NCBI GenBank assembly: GCA_965277405.1
Contig: OZ255726.1
Location: 864,001 to 928,000, forward strand
DNA length: 64,000 bases
Origin: Gammaproteobacteria bacterium
GTDB taxonomy: Bacteria; Pseudomonadota; Gammaproteobacteria; G965277405
Direction of reading: 5' to 3'
Position 1 is the first letter of the stretch; each line of letters opens with the position of its first letter. Positions 22,090 to 33,303 of the stretch are shown here, in pieces. A program made the position numbers and the translations under genes. Below the pieces are notes generated by a model. That model was not told where the DNA came from. It saw only the letters and a program-made list of their open reading frames with translations, and ran no database searches.

Positions 22090-22845
22090 TTAAGTCGGTT
22101 TGCAATCACCTTGTTTTGGGGTGAATTCTGCTGGTGGACAGACCCGAATGCCTGCATGGGTGAAGGGTACGTCTTTTGAGATATTCAACCGAATCAAGAT
22201 AGGTGTCAGCGCTTCGATGCAGCGCGCGCTTTCTGCCAAGCCTGCGTTGTAGGCCTTTGTCCCGATTTTTTCGATTAAAGCCATGACTCGTTTTTTCGCC
22301 GCTAGGTTATTGCCGCACACCAAAATGTCGCAATTGATCGAGCGGGTCAGGTCGTTTAAAGTGTCCGCCGCAACATTATGCAACGCGCCTACAACCGCAA
22401 CGCTTTCTCCTAGCAACGCTTGGGCTGATTCCGTAATTGAGCCAGCCGCTGGCATAATTACCGCTTTGGGGTTGCCTGGCACGAGCGGTACCACTATGTC
22501 TACTAAGGTTTTCCCAAGCAGAAAAGGTGCTAATGTTGCAAGTGTGGTATCGTGAGCGCTGTGAGGAACAGCAAGAATGACAATATCATCAGCCGCCTGC
22601 GCAGCCTCCTCCATACTCAAGCCAATGATGTCTGCATTATTATTGTCTGGCTGTTCGGTTAAGATTTTTAGCAATTTTTGCGCGCTGGCTTGGGATCTTT
22701 TTGGATCGCGCGAGCCGAGGACCACGCTGACGCCGGCCATCGCAAAACGCAGTGCCAAACCACTACCTTGTGGCCCCGTGCCACCAATAATAGCGACTTT
22801 TGGCGTTGCTTCTTTCTCCAGTTGTTGTTTCATTGCTGCTTTCAT
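22090..22845 (-). CDS. npdG: NADPH-dependent F420 reductase (Fno/NpdG)
   Basis: [52 protein letters not shown]. Confidence 0.92.
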   Translation of the reverse strand: MKAAMKQQLEKEATPKVAIIGGTGPQGSGLALRFAMAGVSVVLGSRDPKRSQASAQKLLKILTEQPDNNNADIIGLSMEEAAQAADDIVILAVPHSAHDTTLATLAPFLLGKTLVDIVVPLVPGNPKAVIMPAAGSITESAQALLGESVAVVGALHNVAADTLNDLTRSINCDILVCGNNLAAKKRVMALIEKIGTKAYNAGLAESARCIEALTPILIRLNISKDVPFTHAGIRVCPPAEFTPKQGDCKPT

Positions 22846-23633
22846 CGAAATAAATCCTCAGTCTGGGGACGGATAAGATCGCGACTTGAGTTGTCGGTTG
22901 TTGTCCAAGATAGGCCGCGGAAAATAATCACAGGAGTTTTAGCATTTTTTTTCATCAACAACCCCGACGCGGCAGCCAATTCGTCGCTAAAGGCAGGTGC
23001 GGTAACACTTAAATGCCGTCCAAAAGCATCAACCTCTCCTGCCATGTACATTACAGCTGGCACATTAGCTAGACCAATAGCCACATTTGTTTGTCCCAAG
23101 CGCCACGGCCTGCCAAAGGTATCGCTGATCACTATTCCCAAGCGACAAGCGAAGTGCTCCTCTAATTTTTGGCAGAGATTTCGTGCGCTTTTATCAGGGT
23201 CTTTAGGTAATACAATCAGTTGACCAGGATGATTAGCGTTCGACTCATCGACCGCCGCATTGGCACAAATATAGCCATTTTTATGCTCGGTAATCAGCAC
23301 TCCTTCCTGTTGATCTTGGCGTTTAATTGCGCGAATAATCCGGGTTGATTGAGATAAAATAACGGCAACTTTACGCGGATCTTTGTTAATCGTTTTCGCC
23401 AGCTCAATCGCCTCTTGGCTCGGTGTTACTCGGTCTAAATAAATACATGCCCCTTCGGTTTTAGAGACCACCTTATGGGCGACAACCAAGATATCGCCTG
23501 CCAATAAGCGTTGCTGATTGACCGTCAGCGCTGCGATAATACTGCAGGCTAGGTCGTCACCTTGGTTAAAATCGGGCAGCCCAGCCACCTGAAATATAGA
23601 AATGCAGTTGCTGGTGGACAACGAATCAGCCAT
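22842..23633 (-). CDS. cofE: Coenzyme F420-0:L-glutamate ligase (single domain)
   Basis: [50 protein letters not shown]. Confidence 0.95.
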   Translation of the reverse strand: MADSLSTSNCISIFQVAGLPDFNQGDDLACSIIAALTVNQQRLLAGDILVVAHKVVSKTEGACIYLDRVTPSQEAIELAKTINKDPRKVAVILSQSTRIIRAIKRQDQQEGVLITEHKNGYICANAAVDESNANHPGQLIVLPKDPDKSARNLCQKLEEHFACRLGIVISDTFGRPWRLGQTNVAIGLANVPAVMYMAGEVDAFGRHLSVTAPAFSDELAAASGLLMKKNAKTPVIIFRGLSWTTTDNSSRDLIRPQTEDLFR

Positions 23634-24333
23634 ACAAAAACTCCGACACTGTATGTTGTTGATTATGTTGTTGATTATGTTGTTGATTTTTCTCTACCAG
23701 TTTTTTTTCACAGTAACAGCGCCATTCTTGAAAGCGTTCTGGTGCTTGTTGTAGCGCTTTGATCAGATCGTCGCTGTGGTCAATGTCCAGCGCAAGGTGG
23801 GTAAAATGCAAATAACTACAAGAAAAGCGATGCGCCAAAGCATTGGCATGATGCGCCAGCGCTGACTGATCCCCGTACTCAAATTCAATGGCGTCTGGCG
23901 GAGAAGTCAGCAAGGCATTTGTCCCGCCGTCTGTTGCCGCCGCAATCACGACTTGGGCATCCTCAGCTGTGTAGATCAGTTCTTCGATTTCCTGATGGTC
24001 GAGTACCGCAATATCCGCTGGAACAATTAGTTGGCGCGCGTAGCCTGCTTGCTTTACCCAATTACAGGCAAAGCCCAATGCGCCATTCAAACCAGTTGAG
24101 CTATCATTGAATAAGGCATTTGCCCCATAATCTCTGGCAAGGCTTAGTATCTGCGGGGATTCAGTCACTACCACAACATCTGCGGTGGGGAAGTGGTGCT
24201 GGAAAAATAATAGCGTGTTTTTAAATAAACTTAATGCCAGGCTTGCGCGCGCGGCATCTGACAAGATAGCGGCTAATCTGCGCTTGGAGCGTTGCGGCGC
24301 TTTCATCGGCACAACTACACAGAGATTATTCAT
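23626..24333 (-). CDS. cofC: 2-phospho-L-lactate/PEP guanylyltransferase
   Basis: VVPMK...SKRRL, GLNGAL, PADI, DGGTNALL, YGDQSALAH, LDIDHSDDL. Confidence 0.93.
   Translation of the reverse strand: MNNLCVVVPMKAPQRSKRRLAAILSDAARASLALSLFKNTLLFFQHHFPTADVVVVTESPQILSLARDYGANALFNDSSTGLNGALGFACNWVKQAGYARQLIVPADIAVLDHQEIEELIYTAEDAQVVIAAATDGGTNALLTSPPDAIEFEYGDQSALAHHANALAHRFSCSYLHFTHLALDIDHSDDLIKALQQAPERFQEWRCYCEKKLVEKNQQHNQQHNQQHTVSEFLYG
23652..23687. repeat. 12-bp tandem repeat x3 (TATGTTGTTGAT) in the cofC 3' end, encoding NQQH repeats
   Basis: Three exact copies read directly. Confidence 0.9.
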
Positions 24334-25292
24334 TAAGCAGCCCTGTATTGCTGGCGCGACATGGCAAACTCGACCACTTGGGTTAACAGACGACTTTTAT
24401 CTTGTGTGGAATTCATCAAGGTCGGGGTCACCAAGGTATCTAAACCTTGTTGGTTGAGCCAAGTTGCTTCTCCGCTGTCTTCACGGTCAATTACCATGCC
24501 GTCTAACAACGTCGAATAACACTGGTAAATTCCTTTAGAGTCGACGCTTTTCCCTGTATTTTTGAGCATTTTATCCGCCGGACCTTTAACAGTTTTCCCT
24601 CCAATCAAAGGAGATACAGCTATCACATACGCCTTACTTTCTTCAATTGATGTTTGAATATCTGCGATGGCAAGAATGGCGCCAATACTGACAATAGGGT
24701 TACTTGGAGCAATGATAATAATGTCACTTTTTGCTATCTGCTCGATGGCGCTCGATGTGGCTGTTGCGGTTTCGACACCTGCATACTGGATTGCCAGCAC
24801 ATCAGGTCGGCAATGCTCGCGTACAAAATATTGTTGGAAAGATAGCCAGCCAGCAGCAGTTTTTATTCGGGTTTTCACCACATCATCAGTGGGTAATAAG
24901 ATAGTCAACGCGACACCATGGCGTTGGGACAAACGCTGGGTGATATCACTGGCGCTAACCCCCTGCTTTTTTAATTCTGTCCGAAAAATATGCGTGGCAA
25001 AATCTAAATCACCCAAGGTCATCCACGTATCCTGCCCTAAGGCGTTGAGCTCGGTTAGTACGCGGTGGGTTTCATGCGCCCGACCCCACCCTTGCTCGCG
25101 GTCAACCTGATTTCCTAGGGAATAAATCAGCGTGTCTACATCAGGCGACACCCATAGACCATGGAATTCATCATCGTCGCCAATGTTGGCAATGATTTTG
25201 GTCGCGTCGGCGTATTTGCTCGCGGCTAACCCTTCTGCGGCTTTTGCCCCACCAATGCCACCGGCTAATAAGGTAATAGTTACACCTAGCAT
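24333..25292 (-). CDS. cofD: 2-phospho-L-lactate transferase
   Basis: LAGGIGGAK, NIGDD..HGLWVSPDVDT, LGDLDFATHIFR, FQQYFVR, PSNPIVSI, KGPADKM. Confidence 0.96.
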   Translation of the reverse strand: MLGVTITLLAGGIGGAKAAEGLAASKYADATKIIANIGDDDEFHGLWVSPDVDTLIYSLGNQVDREQGWGRAHETHRVLTELNALGQDTWMTLGDLDFATHIFRTELKKQGVSASDITQRLSQRHGVALTILLPTDDVVKTRIKTAAGWLSFQQYFVREHCRPDVLAIQYAGVETATATSSAIEQIAKSDIIIIAPSNPIVSIGAILAIADIQTSIEESKAYVIAVSPLIGGKTVKGPADKMLKNTGKSVDSKGIYQCYSTLLDGMVIDREDSGEATWLNQQGLDTLVTPTLMNSTQDKSRLLTQVVEFAMSRQQYRAA

Positions 25293-26491
25293 GCGCTAAC
25301 TCCTTGAGTCGTAATTCGATGCGTTACCGGCGTCTTGCCATATGCCTTTACTACTGCGTATAGGGTATTACGCTGGATGGGGTCGAGGCCTGCGGCTTGA
25401 ATATTTGTGACCATGTCTTGAGGAAAGACTTCTTGCCCATGAGTTGCCCCCGCCGCGCGGGATATACTTTCATTCATCAAAGTACCGCCTAAGTCATTCG
25501 CCCCAGAACGCAACATTTTGCTGGCGACATCTGCCCCCATTTTTACCCAAGAGGCTTGAATATTGTCGATATATCCTTGCAACATTAAACGCGCAATGGC
25601 GTGCATTTTAAAATGTTCATCGCGGGTTGGACCAGGGCGAACTTTGTCTGGATTATCCAGATACAGGCGTGTTTTATAATGAATAAACCCCAACGGAACG
25701 AATTCAGTAAAACCGCCTGTTGCACGCTGGATATCACGGAGTAGCTCAAGGTGTTTTGCCCAATGAATCGGCTGATCTACATGGCCGTACATGATGGTTG
25801 ACGTTGTCGGCAAACCAACAGAGTGTGCCGCCTTAATAATGCGCACCCATTGTTGCGCCGTTAGTTTGTTCTTGGTTAATTGCTTGCGTACTTCAGTGTC
25901 TAGAATCTCCGCTGCGGTTCCTGGCATTGACCCCAAACCAAGGGACTGCAATTCGGAGATAAAAACTTCTGGCTCTAGGCGTGCTTTTTTGCAGCCATAC
26001 CAAATTTCAAACGGTGAAAAGGCATGGATGTGAATATCAGCAACCCGCTTTTTTACGGCAATCACTAGGTTACGATAATAGTCTGCATCGATGGCAGGAT
26101 GCAGCCCCCCTTGGATGCAGACTTCAGTGGCGTCTCGATACCACGCCTCTTCGGCACGGTCCGCCACCTGTTCAACGGTTAAAAACTCGGCGTCTTTATC
26201 GCCTTTCTGTTTGGCAAAATTGCAGAAACGGCAACCCATATAGCAGACATTGGTAAAGTTGATATTTCTGGTGATAACGAAGGTTCCCGTATTGCCAACA
26301 CGTTGTTCGCGTATTGTATCCGCCGTGGCTAACACAGCCTGCGCCTCAGCGCCTTGGGTGGCAAATAAAACGCAGGCGTCCTTAACACTCAGTTCTTCCC
26401 CACATAACGTTTTTTCTAAAATATCACGCACACGCGAACTAATCACACGCGCACTAATCAGACGCGAACGAATATTGTCGCCAATTAGCAC
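25286..26491 (-). CDS. cofH: FO synthase subunit CofH (radical SAM)
   Basis: RNINFTNVCYMGCRFC, TEVCIQGG, SMPGTAAEIL, NIQASWVK, NDLGGTLMNESISRAAG. Confidence 0.95.
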   Translation of the reverse strand: MLIGDNIRSRLISARVISSRVRDILEKTLCGEELSVKDACVLFATQGAEAQAVLATADTIREQRVGNTGTFVITRNINFTNVCYMGCRFCNFAKQKGDKDAEFLTVEQVADRAEEAWYRDATEVCIQGGLHPAIDADYYRNLVIAVKKRVADIHIHAFSPFEIWYGCKKARLEPEVFISELQSLGLGSMPGTAAEILDTEVRKQLTKNKLTAQQWVRIIKAAHSVGLPTTSTIMYGHVDQPIHWAKHLELLRDIQRATGGFTEFVPLGFIHYKTRLYLDNPDKVRPGPTRDEHFKMHAIARLMLQGYIDNIQASWVKMGADVASKMLRSGANDLGGTLMNESISRAAGATHGQEVFPQDMVTNIQAAGLDPIQRNTLYAVVKAYGKTPVTHRITTQGVSAC

Positions 26492-27633
26492 AGAGGTTCC
26501 ATAGCTAACGGTAATAGGTTACTCGAGCGAGCCGCGCCACTGAGAAGAGACGCGACCCGTGGTAATAACGCTGGGGTTAAATATTTGTGTTGTTGGCGCT
26601 GGAAACGCGGGTAAATAGTCAGGCGTTCTGCCAGGGAGTAACCCAACCCTGCACAGGTCTGTGCCACGCTGCTAATTTGTGGCCAAGCGCGTTCTGGGTT
26701 AATAAAGTCCTTGGTAAGCGGAGAAATACCACCAAAATCATTGATGCCAGCGCTGATATAACTGCCGTATTCTTCTTCCAAATTAGGTGGTGCCTGTATG
26801 CTGATTTCATCGGGTAGGATTAGACGAGCCACCGCAATGGTGCGTTTCATGTCATCGAGCGTCGGCTCACGGCAGCCTGCCATCGCGGTTCGTGCTTTGG
26901 CGCGAAAATTTTGAATAATAACTTCTTGAATATGTCCGTAGGCCAGATGCCGATCGCGGATCGCTATGAGACTATGGATACGCTCTTCCCAAGATTCGCC
27001 AATACCAATCAGAATTCCCGTAGTAAAAGCAATATCCAAACGCCCAGCTTGTTCGATAGTATTGAGCCTGCGTTTTGGTGTTTTATCTGGACAAGCGTGG
27101 TGAGCTTGTCCTTTTTTGAACAAATTCATCGAGAGATTTTCCACCATCATCCCCATGCTCGCAGCAACTGGCTTTAGCCGTTTAAGTTCGTCATAGGAAA
27201 GCGCGCCAGCGTTGACATGGGGCAATAGACTCGTTGCGGTTAACACGCTGGCGCATTGATCGTGCAGATAATCCAAGGTGTTGCTGTACCCGAGGGACGC
27301 GAGTAAGTCCCTGGCTTTTTGGTGGCGTTGTTCAGGGCGCTCGCCCAAACTAAACAAAGCTTCTTTACACGCTAACGCGGCGCCTTCCCGTGCTGTTTTA
27401 AGCACTTGCTCTGGCGTCATGTAATTGGCGTTTGCTGAATCCGCTGCCTGCACAAAGGTGCAATAACCGCAGCTATCACGGCACATATTGGTTAAGGGAA
27501 TAAATACTTTCTTGGAATAAGTTAGTTGTTTACCCCAATAATTATCTCGGAGCTTAGCTGCCTGCTGACAGAGTGCGTATAAGTCTGGACCAGTGGCAAA
27601 CTGATACGCTGCTGCCTCTGCAAAAGAAACCAT
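26485..27633 (-). CDS. cofG: FO synthase subunit CofG (radical SAM)
   Basis: TYSKKVFIPLTNMCRDSCGYC, FTTGILIGIGE, QEVIIQNF, QAPPNL, DFGGISPLTKDFINPE; start at ATG 27633 after a GAGGGG RBS. Confidence 0.95.
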   Translation of the reverse strand: MVSFAEAAAYQFATGPDLYALCQQAAKLRDNYWGKQLTYSKKVFIPLTNMCRDSCGYCTFVQAADSANANYMTPEQVLKTAREGAALACKEALFSLGERPEQRHQKARDLLASLGYSNTLDYLHDQCASVLTATSLLPHVNAGALSYDELKRLKPVAASMGMMVENLSMNLFKKGQAHHACPDKTPKRRLNTIEQAGRLDIAFTTGILIGIGESWEERIHSLIAIRDRHLAYGHIQEVIIQNFRAKARTAMAGCREPTLDDMKRTIAVARLILPDEISIQAPPNLEEEYGSYISAGINDFGGISPLTKDFINPERAWPQISSVAQTCAGLGYSLAERLTIYPRFQRQQHKYLTPALLPRVASLLSGAARSSNLLPLAMEPLC

Positions 27634-27741
27634 ACCCCTCCCCACGCGTGAATATAAATTTGATGCTAATGTGTTTCGCAAGGTTAACATAAACCTGATA
27701 ATGTTGGTCGACTTATTTTTGGCGGCCAACAACCCTACAAT

Positions 27742-27785
27742 ATGTTGCAAGCAAATAATCATGATGTTGCAAGCAAATAATCATG
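27742..27785. repeat. 22-bp exact tandem duplication in the divergent cof/pyd intergenic region
   Basis: ATGTTGCAAGCAAATAATCATG x2. Confidence 0.9.
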
Positions 27786-27957
27786 GCTTGAATTGCTGAA
27801 AATCGATTATACTGCTAGTGTTTAAGGCAGTAATGACTGGTGTTTTTTTGTATTTTTTAAAAAAACAAAATATTAGGTGCTATACTTTATGTCTTACGTT
27901 ACAACCGATAAATCGATACAGTTGCCATTTAGGCATATTAGGCATAAGGGGGGAATA

Positions 27958-29208
27958 ATGCAAAATCTTCGTATTAACGCACAGCGCCTTTGGGACACTT
28001 TAATGGAAATGGGCGAGATTGGTGGCACACAAAAAGGCGGTTGCAATCGACTGGTTGGCACAGATCTAGATAAACAAGCTCGTGATCTTTTTGTTTCTTG
28101 GTGTAAAGACGCTAATTGTGAAATTGAAGTTGATAAAATCGGTAACATCTTTGCACGTCGCCCTGGTAAATATAATGACCTCCCTGCCGTTGTAACTGGC
28201 AGCCATCTAGATACGCAGCCGACTGGAGGCAAATACGACGGCGTATTTGGCGTTTTATCTGGGGTTGAGGTGTTACGCATTCTCCACGAAAACAGCATAC
28301 AAACGCCAACACCCATGGAGTTCACGGTATGGACCAACGAAGAAGGTTCGCGTTTCCAACCTGCCATGCAAGGCTCTGGTACGTATGTGGGGCGTTTTGA
28401 CCTAGCAGATGAGTTGAACAAAACCGATGTTGACGGCATCCGCCTTGGCGATGAGTTGCAACGCATCGGCTACCTAGGTGAGATGGAGTTAGGCAGCCGC
28501 AATATGGGCGCGTTTTTCGAGGTTCACATTGAACAAGGTCCAATTTTAGAAGATGAAAAAAAATCGATCGGTGTAGTGAGACTCGGACAAGGTATTCGCT
28601 GGTATAACATTGAGGTAACTGGTCGCCCGTCGCATTCTGGTACTACGCCAATGCATTTACGCAAAGATGCGATGCTGACGGCAGCATTGGTAGTATCCGA
28701 AACACAAGCGATTGCCAATCGCCATCCAAGTGGGCTTGGCACAGTCGGTTTTATGCAGGTTTGGCCGAACTCCCGCAATACGATTCCAGGTAGTGTGACA
28801 TTTAGTGTTGATTTGCGTAATCCGCTGCCAGAAGTATTATTAGCAATGCATGAAGAGTTGCTAGCTTTCTGTGACGCAACAGCAAGCAACCAAGGTTTAG
28901 ATATCAAAGTAGACCCCTTTTGGTATTTTGCCCCAGTGGAGTTTAAAGCCTCTGACGATGTAAAAGTTGCCGCTGCGAAACTGGGTTACACCCACATGGA
29001 TATTTTCGCAGGTGCTGGCCACGACGCCTGCTATATGGCGGATATAGTGCCGACAGGGATGATATTTACTCCTTGTTTAAACGGTATTAGTCACAACGAG
29101 GCAGAATATACCTCCCCTGAAGAATGCGCCGCAGGAGCAAACGTACTCCTGCATACCATGTTAGAGGCGAGTGAACGGATTGCCAGAGAACAACAAACTA
29201 AAGTCTAG
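27958..29208 (+). CDS. Zn-dependent M20 amidohydrolase, beta-ureidopropionase / N-carbamoyl-amino acid hydrolase (PydC/HyuC-like)
   Basis: GSHLDTQPTGGKYDG, WTNEEGSRF, EVHIEQGP, GAGHDA, GISHNEAE; start at ATG 27958 after AAGGGGGG. Confidence 0.9.
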   Translation: MQNLRINAQRLWDTLMEMGEIGGTQKGGCNRLVGTDLDKQARDLFVSWCKDANCEIEVDKIGNIFARRPGKYNDLPAVVTGSHLDTQPTGGKYDGVFGVLSGVEVLRILHENSIQTPTPMEFTVWTNEEGSRFQPAMQGSGTYVGRFDLADELNKTDVDGIRLGDELQRIGYLGEMELGSRNMGAFFEVHIEQGPILEDEKKSIGVVRLGQGIRWYNIEVTGRPSHSGTTPMHLRKDAMLTAALVVSETQAIANRHPSGLGTVGFMQVWPNSRNTIPGSVTFSVDLRNPLPEVLLAMHEELLAFCDATASNQGLDIKVDPFWYFAPVEFKASDDVKVAAAKLGYTHMDIFAGAGHDACYMADIVPTGMIFTPCLNGISHNEAEYTSPEECAAGANVLLHTMLEASERIAREQQTKV

Positions 29209-29250
29209 TTTTGAATGATAATTAAACATTAAACAAAGTGGAGAAGCAAT

Positions 29251-30735
29251 ATGACCAGTAAAGCTGTAAACGTAGGTGATTTTTATGAATTAGAGGTTGG
29301 TAACGATCTTAAGCAAAGTACAGCATACAACGACGACTTGGCGCCGACAAAAATAAAACAACGGACTTGGAATAAATGGAATATCGGCGCGTTATGGGTC
29401 GGGATGTCGATTTGTGTACCTACCTATACATTAGGTGGGGTGTTGACCGCCTATTTTGGGCTATCAGTGATGGAGGCCTTGTTGGCAATCCTTATCGCCA
29501 ACATCGTAGTGCTCGTTCCACTCACGTTAAATGCTTACCCAGGCACTAAGTTTGGCATTCCTTTTCCTGTGTTATTGCGGTCGTCATTCGGCGTGGTTGG
29601 CTCTAACATTCCTTGTTTAATCCGCGCTCTCGTCGCTTGTGGCTGGTTTGGCATTCAAACCATGTTCGGCGGTTTAGCGATCCATTTATTCTTATCTGCG
29701 CTTTCAGATGGCTGGGCAAGTCTCGGCGGTTTTGGTGAGGTAATCGGTTTCTTCATTTTTTGGCTACTCAACTTGTACGTGGTCATCCGCGGTGCAGAGT
29801 CGATCAAGTGGATGGAAACCTTGTCCGCGCCGCTGTTGTTAATCGTCGCGATTGGTTTAATGTTCTGGGCAAGCGGGAAAGTATCTTTAATCGAAGTCAT
29901 AACATCACCTGCTAATCGCCCTGCTGACGCTGGCTTTTGGGGTTACTTTTTTAGTGGTATAACGGCTATGGTAGGGTTCTGGGCAACATTATCATTGAAT
30001 ATTCCTGATTTCAGTCGTTACGCAAAATCACAAAAAGATCAGGTTATTGGTCAAATTATCGGGCTACCGCTGACGATGTTCTTTTTCTCAGCTTTAGGCG
30101 TGGTACTAACCGCCGCTTCAATGAGTTTAGTCGGCGAAACAATTGCTGATCCAATTACTTTGATTGGTAAAATAGACAGCCCTTTTTGGGTCGCAACGGC
30201 GATGGTGTTGATCGTTATCGCAACACTTTCAACCAATACGGCAGCCAACATCGTCTCTCCCACCAACGACTTCCAAAACATTGCCCCTAAACACATCAAT
30301 CACTTTCGTGGCGCTGTATTGACAGGCTTAGTCGGTATCGTGCTAATGGGCTGGGAACTGCTGAAAAAAATAGGTTGGTTGACGACTGAGGTAAGTTTAG
30401 AAAGTATGTACTCAAACTGGCTGTTAGGGTATTCCAGTCTACTAGGTCCTATCGCTGGGATCATGATTGTCGACTACTTCCTAATCAAACGTCAGCAATT
30501 GGATTTGGTCGGGTTGTATACCCCAAATAGCGTATACCCTGCTTTTAATAGCTCTGGATTGATCGCTTTTGCCGTACCGGTGGTAATGACATTGATCGCT
30601 TTAAGTTATCCTGCCGTTAATTGGTTCTACAGCTATGGTTGGTTCACGGGAGCATTCACAGGCGCTATCGTGTACTACGTGCTTGCTAAAATGCAAACGT
30701 CTACCTTGAGCCAAGCCACTGCGTTGCCATCTTAA
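29251..30735 (+). CDS. NCS1 family nucleobase:cation symporter (PydP-like)
   Basis: LWVGMSICVPTY, FGIPFPVLLRSSFG, GFWATLSLNIPDFSRY, NTAANIVSP; multiple TM helices. Confidence 0.93.
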   Translation: MTSKAVNVGDFYELEVGNDLKQSTAYNDDLAPTKIKQRTWNKWNIGALWVGMSICVPTYTLGGVLTAYFGLSVMEALLAILIANIVVLVPLTLNAYPGTKFGIPFPVLLRSSFGVVGSNIPCLIRALVACGWFGIQTMFGGLAIHLFLSALSDGWASLGGFGEVIGFFIFWLLNLYVVIRGAESIKWMETLSAPLLLIVAIGLMFWASGKVSLIEVITSPANRPADAGFWGYFFSGITAMVGFWATLSLNIPDFSRYAKSQKDQVIGQIIGLPLTMFFFSALGVVLTAASMSLVGETIADPITLIGKIDSPFWVATAMVLIVIATLSTNTAANIVSPTNDFQNIAPKHINHFRGAVLTGLVGIVLMGWELLKKIGWLTTEVSLESMYSNWLLGYSSLLGPIAGIMIVDYFLIKRQQLDLVGLYTPNSVYPAFNSSGLIAFAVPVVMTLIALSYPAVNWFYSYGWFTGAFTGAIVYYVLAKMQTSTLSQATALPS

Positions 30736-30837
30736 TTAATTTTACTTGTTAGCGTTCTTTTGATAGCTAATGTTTGTATCAAATCATCGCTGATGCAGAT
30801 GTTGTTGCGAAGTGGTTCACTGTTGATTTTAATTTAA

Positions 30838-32292
<1,455 letters not shown>

Positions 32293-32316
32293 ATAGCTGA
32301 TATGAAAATGCCTAGG

Positions 32317-32363
32317 GAAGCTCTGATTAACTCGCTAGTGGAGCGAGGTTGCCTGCAATTGCC
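32317..32363. repeat. MITE terminal remnant at right border of the F420 island
   Basis: CTAG|GGAAGCTCTGATTAACTCGCTAGTGGAGCGAGGTTGCCTGCAATTGC matches the start of copy 48729-49013. Confidence 0.85.
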
Positions 32364-32479
32364 GCGTATGTTGTGCTATACCTTGCTTGAATACTACAAT
32401 ACTGCATTTTTGGGATATTCTTTGTCGGGTTGTAGTGGTTTGCATAAATTGCTTTATAAGCAACTGATTCAGAACTTCT

Positions 32480-32839
32480 TTAGATGGAAAAATCAAGTTC
32501 GTCTACTGTTGGCATTGCTTTGATTACTTCATATGATTGTACAATTCCTTGTTGAAAATATACAATTATATGCCCGTTTTTTTCTGTCGTTGCAGAATTA
32601 CGCGCATCAAAAGTAAAAACATAGTCCCAACGGTTTGGTGAGAACGTATCAATCAGCAGTGGATTACCCAATACAAACCGTACTTGGTCTTGCGTCATCC
32701 CTACTTGTAAACGATCTAGCGCGGTTGTCTCAACAATAATGCCTTGCTGGACGGCCGTACGTTGTATGTATGGGTAGCAGCTAGTTAGAAAAAATCCTAT
32801 GAAAACAAACAAGAATGAGTAAATTAGAATGATTCGCAT
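32480..32839 (-). CDS. bamE: Outer membrane protein assembly factor BamE
   Basis: Lipobox LTSC, VQQG, LQVGMTQDQVRFVLGNPL..DTF...RWDY; divergent from fur. Confidence 0.93.
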   Translation of the reverse strand: MRIILIYSFLFVFIGFFLTSCYPYIQRTAVQQGIIVETTALDRLQVGMTQDQVRFVLGNPLLIDTFSPNRWDYVFTFDARNSATTEKNGHIIVYFQQGIVQSYEVIKAMPTVDELDFSI

Positions 32840-32863
32840 AAACAGTAGTGTAGGATAAAGATT

Positions 32864-33301
32864 ATGAATGTCGATAAAATTTTACGCGCAGCAGCTCTCA
32901 AAGTCACTAAAGCAAGAAAAGATATATATGGTTTACTTGCACGTAGTAAATCACCGTTGCGTGCCGATGATATATACCATCAATTTAAAATAGATGGCAA
33001 CCCTACAAGTTTAGCAACAATTTATCGTGTCCTCCTCCAATTAGAACAGGTAGGCCTGTTAAGTAAACATCATTTTGACTCAACTACCGCTTGGTATGAA
33101 CTGGTAAGTATCAAACACCACGATCATCTGCGCTGCCTTGATTGTGGACAATTCGTTGAGTTTTATAACGAAACAATCGAACAAAAGCAAAAAGAAGTAG
33201 CGAGGCAACTTGGTTTTACCATGGTTGACCATACCCTGAATATTCAAGGTCATTGCCAACAAACAAATTGCGATCATAAACAGCAACAAACAGATACGTA
33301 A
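32864..33301 (+). CDS. fur: Ferric uptake regulator
   Basis: LKVTKAR, SLATIYRVL, HHDHL.CLDCG..VEF; adjacent to bamE. Confidence 0.92.
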   Translation: MNVDKILRAAALKVTKARKDIYGLLARSKSPLRADDIYHQFKIDGNPTSLATIYRVLLQLEQVGLLSKHHFDSTTAWYELVSIKHHDHLRCLDCGQFVEFYNETIEQKQKEVARQLGFTMVDHTLNIQGHCQQTNCDHKQQQTDT

Positions 33302-33303
33302 CT

